Source: Candidatus Latescibacterota bacterium
Lineage (GTDB): Bacteria; Latescibacterota; UBA2968
NCBI GenBank assembly: GCA_965222605.1
Contig: OZ244960.1
Location: 4,640,001 to 4,704,000 of the forward strand
Direction of reading: 5' to 3'
Length of the DNA stretch: 64,000 nucleotides
In this document: positions 9,980 to 19,482 of the stretch, one piece after another
Position numbering within the stretch: position 1 is the first letter of the stretch
How the letters are laid out: each line of letters begins with the position of its first letter
Notes under the pieces: model-generated
What the model saw: the letters and a program-made list of their open reading frames with translations, nothing else
Database searches by the model: none
Told to the model about the DNA's origin: nothing
Made by a program: the position numbers and the translations under genes

Positions 9980-10510
9980 TTATTTTTTAATTATCAAATT
10001 GAGACCTTCAATTTTTCGCACGGACAAATCCATGCCCAAAGCATGTGCTGAAGTGCCTTTGTTCAGTGATTCGGTTAAAAATTGAATCGATTGACCCAAA
10101 ACGGGATGTTTGAGATCGGGTTTGATGTCGCAAAGCGGCACCAGAACGAATGCGCGCTCGTGCAAGTGTGGGTGTGGCACCTGCAAGCCCGGCTGGTTGA
10201 TGATGGCATCGCCGTAGAGTAAAATATCGAGATCCAGCGTGCGCGGCCCCCACCGCGTCTCGCGCATGCGACCAAATTTGCGCTCAATTGCCAACAGACA
10301 ATTTAATAGACTTCGCGCAGAGAGACTGGTATGGATTTGCAGAACGGCGTTGAGAAAATACGGCTGGTCAACCACACCGATCGGGGCGGTCTCATAGACT
10401 GCAGAGGTAGCGACAACGGCGATTTCGGGTTTTGCATTTAGAATATCTGTCGCTTCCTGGAGCGTTTTTTCCCGATCCCCCAAATTCGCGCCAATGCCAA
10501 TGTAGATCAC
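9980..10510 (-). CDS. folK: HPPK (hydroxymethyldihydropterin pyrophosphokinase)
   Basis: IGIGANLG, WGPRTLDLDIL, PHPHLHERAFVL. Confidence 0.95.
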   Translation of the reverse strand: MIYIGIGANLGDREKTLQEATDILNAKPEIAVVATSAVYETAPIGVVDQPYFLNAVLQIHTSLSARSLLNCLLAIERKFGRMRETRWGPRTLDLDILLYGDAIINQPGLQVPHPHLHERAFVLVPLCDIKPDLKHPVLGQSIQFLTESLNKGTSAHALGMDLSVRKIEGLNLIIKK

Positions 10511-10866
10511 GTCTCACGTCTCACTTCAACTTCAACGCCATCGAAATTGACGGATACCGGTGGGTTGGGTTTGCGAACGCGCACGAGGAGTTTTGTCAAT
10601 CCCAATTCCGACTGCAAAACGTCAGCGATGCGGTCTGCCAGGGCTTCGACGAGGCCAAAACGCTCGCCTGTCACCACTTGTTCGACTATCTTACAGACGC
10701 GCGGATAATCTACGGCATGAGGTGTATTGTTGTGTGCAAACCCCCTGAAATTGCCATAGATTTCTACGTCAACTTCAAATTTTTGACCGAGTTTAGCCTC
10801 TTCTTTAAACAGTCCGTGGTAGCCGTAAAAAGCTATATTTTTTATTCTCAGTACGTCATTTGTCAT
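10507..10866 (-). CDS. folB: Dihydroneopterin aldolase
   Basis: FYGYHG, EEAKLGQKF, VDY, LVEALA, RKPNPP. Confidence 0.93.
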   Translation of the reverse strand: MTNDVLRIKNIAFYGYHGLFKEEAKLGQKFEVDVEIYGNFRGFAHNNTPHAVDYPRVCKIVEQVVTGERFGLVEALADRIADVLQSELGLTKLLVRVRKPNPPVSVNFDGVEVEVRRET

Positions 10867-10892
10867 GGTGCCAATATTTACAATTCCATTTG

Positions 10893-11882
10893 TTAAGTCA
10901 AGCGGTTTACCGTAAATGGCAGGTTGACCACTTCGGCCTCTGATCCGTCGTCCAGTAGTACGCGCTGTCCCGCTTCGTGATAGCCCCGGCGGATGATAGA
11001 GAGGGCGATCACGCGATTGAGGCGGATCGATTTCACACAGGTGGTTACCCGTCCGACGGTTTTATCGTTGACTATTATATTGCCACTAACAGGCGTATTG
11101 CCGCTCAGTAATAAGCCCGTTAGATAGCGGCGGGGGCGTCCTCGAAAGTGCATTTTGGCGATTACTTCTTGCCCAATGTAGCATCCCTTGTCAAAATCGA
11201 CTGCGCGATTCAAGCCGGCTTCGAGGGGAACGACCAACTCATCGATCTCAGCGCCATAACGGGGAATACCGGCTTCGACCCGCAATATTTCTCCCACTTG
11301 CCATCCGATGGGCGTTCCCCCCGCTGTGACGAGTGCCCGCCGCAATGAATCGGCGTGGTCTTGTGCAATGCGGAGATCACAGCCCGGTTCACCTGTGTAT
11401 GACCGCGCTGTGACCCAAATTGGGATGCCGTCAAAGGCGTGTATAACCGTATGATGTTCGGGCAGGTCAGTGGGTACGCGCCCAACAACCCGACCGATCA
11501 ACTCAAGGGCTGTGGGCCCCTGTACCCCCAAAATGGCCCAGGTGTCGGATTCGTCCGATAGCGCGACATCATCGGCGATCAGATAGCGGTCCAGGGTTTC
11601 AATTAACTTTGTCGCAAGCCCCGGCTCTGTTTCCATATAGATACAATCTTGTAAACGGTGGACCCAAATATCTAATAGCGTTTGTCCCCGCGCCGATGTG
11701 ACTGCGGCGTAATTGCCCCCATTTTCAGCGAGGGATTCAACGGTATTGGTCACCATGCCGTGCAAAAATCTCAGACAATCCGCGCCTTCTGCACGCACTT
11801 TGCCTCGCTTGTTGCGGTTGAATATCCCCGCGTTTTCTCGAACGGCGCGGTACTGTATTTCCATATTTCGATGTGATGACAT
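10893..11882 (-). CDS. ygfZ: YgfZ/GcvT-like folate-binding Fe-S maintenance protein
   Basis: KGCYIGQE signature; AGGAGG RBS before ATG at 11882. Confidence 0.85.
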   Translation of the reverse strand: MSSHRNMEIQYRAVRENAGIFNRNKRGKVRAEGADCLRFLHGMVTNTVESLAENGGNYAAVTSARGQTLLDIWVHRLQDCIYMETEPGLATKLIETLDRYLIADDVALSDESDTWAILGVQGPTALELIGRVVGRVPTDLPEHHTVIHAFDGIPIWVTARSYTGEPGCDLRIAQDHADSLRRALVTAGGTPIGWQVGEILRVEAGIPRYGAEIDELVVPLEAGLNRAVDFDKGCYIGQEVIAKMHFRGRPRRYLTGLLLSGNTPVSGNIIVNDKTVGRVTTCVKSIRLNRVIALSIIRRGYHEAGQRVLLDDGSEAEVVNLPFTVNRLT

Positions 11883-11982
11883 ATATTCTATCCTCCTATT
11901 GTCTAATCGCGGCAATATCTATATACTTTAAAAACGCCGTTTTTGTCAAAGGATTCTCATTCTCATCATAAAGGAGATTCAT

Positions 11983-12951
11983 GTGAAAGCCATTCGCATA
12001 TCGCAATACGGTGGTGCAGAAGTTTTGAGTTTTGAAGATATTGATGTAGCAGACCCGGGCGAGGGACAGGTGCGGGTTACCATAGAAGCAGCGGGTGTCA
12101 ATTTTATCGACACCTATCACCGCACGGGCCTTTATCCTCTGAATTTGCCGCTGACACTGGGTCTGGAAGGCGCTGGCATCGTAAACGCGGTGGGCGCAGG
12201 AGTTTCGGATTTGGCTGAGGGCGACCGCGTGGCATGGAAAAGCGTGGCGGGTTCTTATGCCGAGCAAGTCGTCGCAGACGCAGCCGAGGTGGTGAAAATT
12301 CCCTCAGATGTTGTCACCAAAACCGCAGCCGCGGTGATGTTACAAGGGCTAACAGCGCATTATCTGGTCAATAGCACCTATCCGATTCGCGAAGGCGATA
12401 CCTGCCTCATCCACGCAGCCGCAGGAGGCGTTGGTCTTTTGCTCGTGCAGATGGCAAAAATGCGCGGGGCGCGGGTTATTGGCACCACATCTACCGAAGA
12501 AAAAGCGGCTCTGGCACGAGGTGCGGGTGCCGACGATATTATTCTTTACACCGAACGGGACTTTGAAGCCGACGTTCTGCATCTCACAGATGGTCAGGGC
12601 GTCGAGGTCGTTTACGATTCCGTTGCCAAAGCCACCTGGGAGAAAAGCATCAATTGCCTCAAACCGCGCGGTTATATGGTCTTTTTTGGCAATGCCAGCG
12701 GGCCGGTTCCGCCGATTGATCCCTTGCTCCTGTCGCAACAAGGGTCTATTTATCTCACGCGCCCAACGCTCAATAGCTACACGCAGACCCGCGAAGAATA
12801 TCTCCAGCGCACCCGCGAGGTTATGGGCTGGATTCAAGATGGCGATCTGGATGTGCGTATTGGTGAAGAGCATCCTCTTGACAATGCGGCCGAAGCACAT
12901 AACCGCCTCGAAGGTCGGCAGACTACGGGGAAAGTGCTGTTGATTCCATAA
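11983..12951 (+). CDS. qor: NADPH:quinone oxidoreductase (zeta-crystallin family)
   Basis: GVNFIDTYHRTGLY, HAAAGGVG, GKVLL. Confidence 0.9.
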   Translation: MKAIRISQYGGAEVLSFEDIDVADPGEGQVRVTIEAAGVNFIDTYHRTGLYPLNLPLTLGLEGAGIVNAVGAGVSDLAEGDRVAWKSVAGSYAEQVVADAAEVVKIPSDVVTKTAAAVMLQGLTAHYLVNSTYPIREGDTCLIHAAAGGVGLLLVQMAKMRGARVIGTTSTEEKAALARGAGADDIILYTERDFEADVLHLTDGQGVEVVYDSVAKATWEKSINCLKPRGYMVFFGNASGPVPPIDPLLLSQQGSIYLTRPTLNSYTQTREEYLQRTREVMGWIQDGDLDVRIGEEHPLDNAAEAHNRLEGRQTTGKVLLIP

Positions 12952-12955
12952 TCGC

Positions 12956-13438
12956 ATGTGTATCGAAAACCACACCACGCTGATACTGCTCGTGAGAGGC
13001 GATCCCATAACCCATGTTTTGCTCGGCTATAAAAAACGCGGGTTTGGCGCGGGGAAATACACGGGTATTGGCGGGAAAATTGAACCCGGGGAAACAGTGC
13101 GTGCAGCCGCTGTGCGCGAGATGCGTGAAGAAACAGGCGTTGTGATGTCGCCCCAGGACCTTGTAGATGCCGGGCATTTGACGTTTTATTTTCCCGCCCG
13201 TCCCCAGTGGAATCTCACGACCCGTATTTTTATTGGGCGCAGGTGGAAGGGTGAGCCAGTGGAAACAGGGGAAATACGCCCTGTGTGGTTTAAAATCGAT
13301 CACTTGCCCTTTGATACCATGTGGGATGATGCTACCTATTGGTATCCCTATGTGTTGGAGAATAAGCGCGTCAGAGCTACATTTACGTTTTCCACCGACT
13401 GCAAAACTGTCGCGACCAGCGAGATTGAAATGTGGTAA
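12956..13438 (+). CDS. NUDIX hydrolase, MTH1/8-oxo-dGTPase-like
   Basis: LLGYKKRGFGAG, NUDIX box GGKIEPGETVRAAAVREMREETG, MWDD. Confidence 0.88.
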   Translation: MCIENHTTLILLVRGDPITHVLLGYKKRGFGAGKYTGIGGKIEPGETVRAAAVREMREETGVVMSPQDLVDAGHLTFYFPARPQWNLTTRIFIGRRWKGEPVETGEIRPVWFKIDHLPFDTMWDDATYWYPYVLENKRVRATFTFSTDCKTVATSEIEMW

Positions 13439-13537
13439 GCTGTGTATTTTTTTTCTTGACTCTTGTGGTAAAATCATTATATATCTGAGCGTCTGATAAA
13501 CAAAACTTAACAGACTCTTCACTTTCTCTTTAACGAG

Positions 13538-14398
13538 GTGATTGCTTTGCCTATATTATCCAGAAATGTTACCAAAGATGCACTGCATCACTACCTCGAA
13601 GATGTGGCTTCGTCTCAACCCCTGTCTTCTGCAGAGGAAGTTGAACTTGCTATTCGCATTCGCAAAGGCGATCAGAAAGCGCGGGCAAAACTCATTGAAG
13701 CCAATCTGCGCTTTGTGATCACTGTGGCTTACGAATATCAAAATCAGGGCGTGCCGCTCGTGGACCTCATCAGCGCGGGAAACGTCGGTTTGATCACAGC
13801 GGCAGAGCGTTTTGACGAGACGAGAGGATTTAAGTTTATCTCTTATGCTGTTTGGTGGATTCGCCAATCTATTTTGCAAACGCTGGCTGAACACGCCCGG
13901 GTTGTGCGCCTTCCTCTCAATCGCGTGGAATTGCTCAGGCGCATATCTCGCTATAAAAGTAGCCGACAGCACGAGACTTCGACGCGTACTGCCGAAGAGG
14001 AAATTGCCGAAGAATTGGATATCCCAGTGGAGCAGGTTACGGATATTCTCAGGAGTGGGCAGCGCACCTTGTCTCTCGATACGTCTCTTGGCGATGGGGA
14101 AAATAGCCTTCTTGAAATGATGCCCGACAACTCACAAGAGTCGCCCGATGCAATGGCATTGAGAAATACCCTCAAAGCTGAAATCTCAAGAGCTTTGAGC
14201 ACGCTCGATGAACGCGAGCAAAAAGTCATTCGACTCTATTTTGGATTGGGTGGTGGCACGGAGATGACACTTGAAGAAATTGGTAAACAATTTCGCCTGA
14301 CGCGCGAAAGGATTCGTCAAATAAAAGAAAAAGCACTCCGAAAATTGCGCCACCCCACGCGTGGGCGAAAGCTGATGCCCTACGCGGAAGATGCGTGA
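13538..14398 (+). CDS. sigma70-family factor (RpoD/RpoS-like, no region 1.1)
   Basis: NLRFVI, GFKFISYAVWWIRQ, TRERIRQIKEKALRKL. Confidence 0.93.
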   Translation: MIALPILSRNVTKDALHHYLEDVASSQPLSSAEEVELAIRIRKGDQKARAKLIEANLRFVITVAYEYQNQGVPLVDLISAGNVGLITAAERFDETRGFKFISYAVWWIRQSILQTLAEHARVVRLPLNRVELLRRISRYKSSRQHETSTRTAEEEIAEELDIPVEQVTDILRSGQRTLSLDTSLGDGENSLLEMMPDNSQESPDAMALRNTLKAEISRALSTLDEREQKVIRLYFGLGGGTEMTLEEIGKQFRLTRERIRQIKEKALRKLRHPTRGRKLMPYAEDA

Positions 14399-14407
14399 AC
14401 TGAAACG

Positions 14408-15760
14408 CTAATCTCTCAATTTTTTCACCCATTCTCGAAACTGATCACCGCGCTCTTCAAAATTGCGAAACTGGTCGTAACTCGCCGATGCTGGCGATAG
14501 CAATACCACATCGCCAGCTTGTGCGAGCCCCGTCGCGCAACCCATTGCTTCTTCCAAATTTTCTACGCGGTGAATATTGGTTTTCCCTTTTGCGGTTGCC
14601 GCAATCGCGTCCCCAGTTTCGCCCATCACAATTAGATGTGCGACCTTTTCCTCTATCGCCACTCCCAAATCGTCAAATGCAATGCCCTTATCGTAGCCGC
14701 CAGCGATCAGCACGATCGGCTTGTCAAATGCCATGAGCGCTGTTCGCGTGCGGTCGGGACTCGTGGCTATTGAATCGTTTACATAGAGAACGCCGTTTAC
14801 TTCTGCCACCTGCTCCAATCTGTGCGGCACCCCCTGAAATGTTTGCAATATCTCGGCGATATCTTTTTCAGATACACCGCTTACAATTGCTGCACCTGTG
14901 GCTGATAGTGCGTTGGAGAGGTTGTGCCGTCCGCGCAAGAATATGGTATCTACAGAACAGACGGTTCGCGTCTCGCCACCGATTGCGTGTTGAATTTTTT
15001 CCTCGCGGACAAATACATCCCCCTCGCCTTCAACTGCAAATACCACCCGCTGCCCTGTGCCCGCCCAACGAGATACTTCGGCATCTTCCCCGTTGACAAT
15101 CGTCCAATCGCTTTTTGTCTGGTGTGTGACGATTTGTTGCTTGGCTTTTCGATACGCTTGTAAAGACCCGTGAACGTCGATGTGATTTGGCGCGAAGTTG
15201 GTTATGACAGCGATGTGGGGACTCCACGGCAAATCGCCCAATCGGTCGAGTTGAAAGCTCGATAATTCCAGTACGACGGGTACATCGGCGTACAGCATGT
15301 CCAATTCATCCAGTAATGAACCCCCAATATTGCCACCGATTCGCGTGCGTTTATTTTTTCGCTTGAGCATTTCTCCCAATAGCGAAGTTGTTGTCGTTTT
15401 TCCACTGCTGCCCGTTACGCCGATTATGGGTGCGGGACAGCGTTCGACAAATAGGCAGATTTCCGATGTGATGGGCACGCCCGCAGATTCTGCAATTTTC
15501 AAGTATCGCGATGATCGGGGTACCGCGGGATTGGCGACAATTAAATCTGCGTTCCGAAAATCCGCTTCTTCGTGCCCCCCCAGTTTAAAGGCGATGGGCA
15601 ACCCGTTTAGCGCGCACACCGAAGCGCGCAGATCTTTTTTCGGGCGCAAATCCGTCACTGTCACCACCGCGCCTTCGCGCACCAGAAAACGCACTGCTCC
15701 CACGCCCCCGCCAAATAATCCCAATCCCATTACTGTGACGCGCTGGCCTTTCAGGTTCAC
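14408..15760 (-). CDS. murD: UDP-MurNAc-L-Ala:D-glutamate ligase
   Basis: GVTGSSGKTTT, ELSSFQL, NHIDVH, NDSIAT, LSPASASYDQF. Confidence 0.94.
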   Translation of the reverse strand: MNLKGQRVTVMGLGLFGGGVGAVRFLVREGAVVTVTDLRPKKDLRASVCALNGLPIAFKLGGHEEADFRNADLIVANPAVPRSSRYLKIAESAGVPITSEICLFVERCPAPIIGVTGSSGKTTTTSLLGEMLKRKNKRTRIGGNIGGSLLDELDMLYADVPVVLELSSFQLDRLGDLPWSPHIAVITNFAPNHIDVHGSLQAYRKAKQQIVTHQTKSDWTIVNGEDAEVSRWAGTGQRVVFAVEGEGDVFVREEKIQHAIGGETRTVCSVDTIFLRGRHNLSNALSATGAAIVSGVSEKDIAEILQTFQGVPHRLEQVAEVNGVLYVNDSIATSPDRTRTALMAFDKPIVLIAGGYDKGIAFDDLGVAIEEKVAHLIVMGETGDAIAATAKGKTNIHRVENLEEAMGCATGLAQAGDVVLLSPASASYDQFRNFEERGDQFREWVKKLRD

Positions 15761-15780
15761 GGGAAATCTCCAGGTGAGGG

Positions 15781-16767
15781 CTATTCTTTTAACAATTGAT
15801 CGATGAGATCAACCGGGGTGATGCCTTCGGCTTCGGCGTTGAAGTTTGTGACGAGGCGATGGCGCAATACGGGTCTGGCGACAAAAGATACGTCGTCGAT
15901 AGACGGTGCATAGCGTCCGCTGAGTACGGCACGCGCTTTGGCGCCCAGGATGAGGCATTGGGAGGCGCGCGGGCCAGCACCCCATCTGAGCATGTGGCCA
16001 ATGGATGTGTCTGAATTCTGAGGGCGGGTTTTGCGGACGAGATCTACCGCGTGATCTACGATGTGATCGGCTACTGGAACTTTGCGGATGAGTTGCTGGA
16101 GGTTGCGGATTTGTGCGGCGTTGAGTACGGGCTGTACGTCGTGTGTTTTGGCTCCTGTGGTGGCTTTGACAATGGCGCGTTCTTCTTCTCGGGTGGGATA
16201 ATCGATCCACAGGTTAAAGATGAAGCGGTCGAGTTGGGCTTCGGGCAGGGGATAGGTGCCTTCTTGTTCGATGGGATTTTGCGTGGCTAAGACAAAGAAT
16301 GGTTCTTCGAGGCGAAAGGTTCCCCCTCCAGCGGTGACTTCGTGCTCTTGCATGGCCTGTAACAAGGCGGCCTGGGTTTTGGGCGGGGTGCGATTGATTT
16401 CATCGGCCAGGATGATGTTGGCAAATAAAGGGCCTTTGACAAAGCGAAATGCTTTGTGTCCGGTGGTGTGGTCTTCTTCGAGGAGTTCTGTGCCCGTGAT
16501 GTCCGAAGGCATGAGGTCGGGGGTAAATTGGATGCGGCTAAAAGACAAGTCGAGGGCGCGCGCGAGGGTGCTGATGAGAAGTGTTTTGGCCAGGCCGGGC
16601 ACACCGACGAGCAAACAATGGCCCCCACAGAGGAGGGCTATGAGTAGCTGATCGACGATTTCCCGCTGTCCAATAATTACTTTGCCAATTTCGGCGACGA
16701 TCTGGTCATACGCGGTTTTTAATTGTTCAACGGCCTGGAGGTCTTCGTGAGGGGATACTTCGGGCAT
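15781..16767 (-). CDS. MoxR-family AAA+ ATPase
   Basis: GVPGLAKT, RIQFTPDLMPSD, DEINRTPPKTQ, ATQNPIEQEGTYPLPEAQLDRF; start taken at MPEVSP. Confidence 0.95.
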   Translation of the reverse strand: MPEVSPHEDLQAVEQLKTAYDQIVAEIGKVIIGQREIVDQLLIALLCGGHCLLVGVPGLAKTLLISTLARALDLSFSRIQFTPDLMPSDITGTELLEEDHTTGHKAFRFVKGPLFANIILADEINRTPPKTQAALLQAMQEHEVTAGGGTFRLEEPFFVLATQNPIEQEGTYPLPEAQLDRFIFNLWIDYPTREEERAIVKATTGAKTHDVQPVLNAAQIRNLQQLIRKVPVADHIVDHAVDLVRKTRPQNSDTSIGHMLRWGAGPRASQCLILGAKARAVLSGRYAPSIDDVSFVARPVLRHRLVTNFNAEAEGITPVDLIDQLLKE

Positions 16768-16780
16768 TTTGTTTCCTTTC

Positions 16781-18151
16781 TTATGTTTTGCGTTTTTCCT
16801 TTTTTGCCGCCGGGAAGAGAATATTGTTGAGTATGAGACGATAGCCCGGCGAATTTTTGTGCAGTGCGAGTTGTGTGGGCGGGTCGTTGACAAAGTGTTG
16901 ATAGTCTTCCGGATCGTGTCCGGCATAAAATGTGAATGTGCCTTTGCCGATGTTGCCGTGGATGTATTTGACGTGATCTGTGCCGGGGATGTCGCCCATA
17001 ATGGTGATGGATTTTTTGATGCGGTTTTTGCGAAAGGCCGTGGTTTGGCCCAAGAAGCCAGGGACGATGGGCGTGTGGTTTTGCGTGAGCATGGTGGGTA
17101 CGGGATCGTATTTTGCCGAAAATTCAAATAGTGAAAAGGCATCGATATCGGCATTTTTGATCTGGCTCATTTCAATGGGCGACAGGTCGATGTCGGCGTG
17201 TTCGTATTCGAGGGGGTCCATAACGAGGTTGAAATTTTCAAAGGCTATGGTGCGCGAAAAATTGAGTTTTTGATGCGACGATGGATCTGCGGGGTCACCG
17301 TCGTAAACGCTATCGACAATGTCGGTTCCGCGCGCGGAAAGGGCGATGTCAAATGTATCGGTGGCCGAGCACATGGCAAAGAGAAATCCGCCCTGCGCGA
17401 CGTAGTTGTAAATGGCCTGTGCCACCGCGCCTTTGAGGTGGGAAACTTTGGCAAAACCCAGTTTGAGGGCAAGTGCTTTGAATGCGGCCTGTTGTTGTCG
17501 GTACCAGAGGGTGTGACCGTGGCTGCGATAAAATTTGCCGTATTGTCCCGTGAAGTCTTCGTGATGTAAGTGCAGCCAGTCGAAGTTTTCGAGTTTGCCG
17601 GTGAGGACTTCTTCGTCCCACAAGGTGGTATAGGGTATTTCTGCATATGTGAGGGCCAGTGTGACGGCGTCGTCCCAGGGCTGTTTGTTTGGGGGGGTAT
17701 AGACCGCGATGCGGGGTGCTTTTTCAAGGCGCATGCGGTTCATGTTGCCGGATTCAATATCGGCGTAGATGCGCGTGGCCTGCGCGGCTGAGATGGCCTG
17801 GAAGGAGACGGCGCGTATTCGGGCTTCGCGCGCAATGGTTTCGTGGTTGTCGATGAGGAAGGAACCGCCGCGGTAGTTGAGCAACCACTCGACAGGATGG
17901 CCCTGCTGCACGGCCCAATACGCAATGCCATAGGCTTTGAGATGATCTGTTTGCGATATGTCCATGGGGATGAGAATTTTGCCGACATTCGCGCTTCCGC
18001 CACCAATCGCCGCGGTGCAGGTGGTTGATGTTGTTAGAAGGAAGAGCAATATAAGAAGTGTGAAGTGTGAAACGGTGTACAACTGGTCGCAGACCAGTTT
18101 ACTGTGAAGTGTGAAATATGTGTGTCTCGTATTATGCCGTTTTAATATCAT
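16781..18151 (-). CDS. Secreted conserved protein (often auto-labelled 'asparagine synthetase B'; class I glutamine amidotransferase-like)
   Basis: Signal-like N-terminus, LIPMD..QTDHLKAYG, DWLHLHHEDFTGQYGKF, FAMCSATD, GHDPEDY; family recalled, function unknown. Confidence 0.7.
   Translation of the reverse strand: MILKRHNTRHTYFTLHSKLVCDQLYTVSHFTLLILLFLLTTSTTCTAAIGGGSANVGKILIPMDISQTDHLKAYGIAYWAVQQGHPVEWLLNYRGGSFLIDNHETIAREARIRAVSFQAISAAQATRIYADIESGNMNRMRLEKAPRIAVYTPPNKQPWDDAVTLALTYAEIPYTTLWDEEVLTGKLENFDWLHLHHEDFTGQYGKFYRSHGHTLWYRQQQAAFKALALKLGFAKVSHLKGAVAQAIYNYVAQGGFLFAMCSATDTFDIALSARGTDIVDSVYDGDPADPSSHQKLNFSRTIAFENFNLVMDPLEYEHADIDLSPIEMSQIKNADIDAFSLFEFSAKYDPVPTMLTQNHTPIVPGFLGQTTAFRKNRIKKSITIMGDIPGTDHVKYIHGNIGKGTFTFYAGHDPEDYQHFVNDPPTQLALHKNSPGYRLILNNILFPAAKKEKRKT
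18071..18099. repeat. Dispersed palindromic element, copy 1
   Basis: Reverse complement AACTGGTCTGCGACCAGTTGTACACCGTT matches 54235-54268 apart from a 5-nt loop insertion. Confidence 0.75.
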
Positions 18152-18169
18152 CCCGCTTCCTTTGTTTTT
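18144..18169. repeat. 26-bp direct repeat, left copy
   Basis: AATATCATCCCGCTTCCTTTGTTTTT identical to 20732-20757. Confidence 0.9.
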
Positions 18170-18336
18170 GGGTTCTTCTTGAGACGATAGGAATAGCACT
18201 TGTCATTGCGGCATGGTTTTAGCCGCCACGCGCAAGCACAACGCCAGTAATCCAGAAGGTTTTGAGCCGCTGATAGCTGGCTGCTGGGGATAGTACAGGG
18301 GCCGTTCCCTACGATGATATTATTAATCTGGTATTT

Positions 18337-18363
18337 GTAGGGGCGACCCCCTGTGGTCGCCCG
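18337..18363 (+). repeat. GTAG-type REP-like palindrome
   Basis: GTAGGGGCGACCCCCTGTGGTCGCCCG; related copies at 28158 and 31344. Confidence 0.65.
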
Positions 18364-18395
18364 CTGACTATGATTTCAGACCTTAATTGGGATAA

Positions 18396-18842
18396 TTAGA
18401 TCTCTCCCAGCAACTGCCTCGCATCAACACCCACATGTTCTTCCAACAATTCACGAAATGCCGCCAGTACTGCCAGAGATTTACTACGGTCTTCAGAGCT
18501 TTCAGAATAGAACAAATTCCTGACTTGAGAAAGAGGAAGTTCGAGAAATGGGGAGTAAAATTGAGCGCGTTTTGCCTGAACGTAATTTTCTGCTAGGTGC
18601 CTCAACCGAGCATCTACACCCAGAATCGGCTTTCTATGCCCATCTTCAATATTTTGAACGATCTTATCCAGTTTTTGAAAAAAAGCTACAAGGGTCTCTA
18701 TCGCCTGTTCTGCAGATTCTTTTCTATGTATATCAAGATACCCCTTGTCAGTCAATTTCCGGTGAATAGACAGGGTGTTGATCGCTGATAGGAGTTCCTG
18801 ACTTTGTTGGAAACTCTGAATAGCCAACCAATGTGCACTCAT
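18396..18842 (-). CDS. Hypothetical helical protein (148 aa)
   Basis: Clean ORF with GAGGA RBS; no motif recognised. Confidence 0.7.
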   Translation of the reverse strand: MSAHWLAIQSFQQSQELLSAINTLSIHRKLTDKGYLDIHRKESAEQAIETLVAFFQKLDKIVQNIEDGHRKPILGVDARLRHLAENYVQAKRAQFYSPFLELPLSQVRNLFYSESSEDRSKSLAVLAAFRELLEEHVGVDARQLLGEI

Positions 18843-18926
18843 CTGGTTTTTCCTCTGAAATACACTTTACAGAAATGGTTTGGTAAAAACTGAATTGGCA
18901 GATTCATTGAGTTGGCTACCGTTAGG

Positions 18927-19226
18927 TCAAGATACGTGGCTCAAGGTTGAGGCTGGTCGGATGCCAGCGGTAAGCCGCTGCTTTTCACTGGCCAGTTTGC
19001 GAAAGTTGCATTCGACCTGAAGTCCGTGCCAAAATTCGTCGGACTGGCCGAAGAAGGCACCAAAGCGGATTGACATGGCTGGGATGATCGAACGCCGGGC
19101 GTGAACGATTTCGTTTATTGTCTGCGGCGCAACTCCGATGGCGCGGGCCATGGCATTCTGCGAAATTCCCATTGGTTTGAGGTACTCTTTTAGGAGAATT
19201 TCACCGGGTGTGATGGGTGTTTTCAT
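18927..19226 (-). CDS. higA: HigA-family antitoxin
   Basis: [26 protein letters not shown]...INEIV...FWHGLQ. Confidence 0.88.
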   Translation of the reverse strand: MKTPITPGEILLKEYLKPMGISQNAMARAIGVAPQTINEIVHARRSIIPAMSIRFGAFFGQSDEFWHGLQVECNFRKLASEKQRLTAGIRPASTLSHVS

Positions 19227-19257
19227 GATTGCACCATATAAAAGGTTATAAGGGTTA

Positions 19258-19482
19258 TCAATGATAGTCAACGATAGCTACTTCCGCCGGTCCGGAATCC
19301 GTCCATCGAAAGACGATACGCCATTGGTCGTTGATCCGGATAGAGTGAAAGCCCGACAGATTGCCCCTGAGAGCTTGCAAACGGTTCCCCGGTGGAACAG
19401 CGAGATCGCTGAGTGTGCGAGCCTGATTCATTTGTTTCAATTTTCGCAATGCAACGCGAGATATAGCTGCAAACTCTCTCAA
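19258..19482 (-). CDS. higB: HigB/RelE-family toxin, apparently lacking N-terminus
   Basis: [41 protein letters not shown]. Confidence 0.8.
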   Translation of the reverse strand: MREFAAISRVALRKLKQMNQARTLSDLAVPPGNRLQALRGNLSGFHSIRINDQWRIVFRWTDSGPAEVAIVDYH

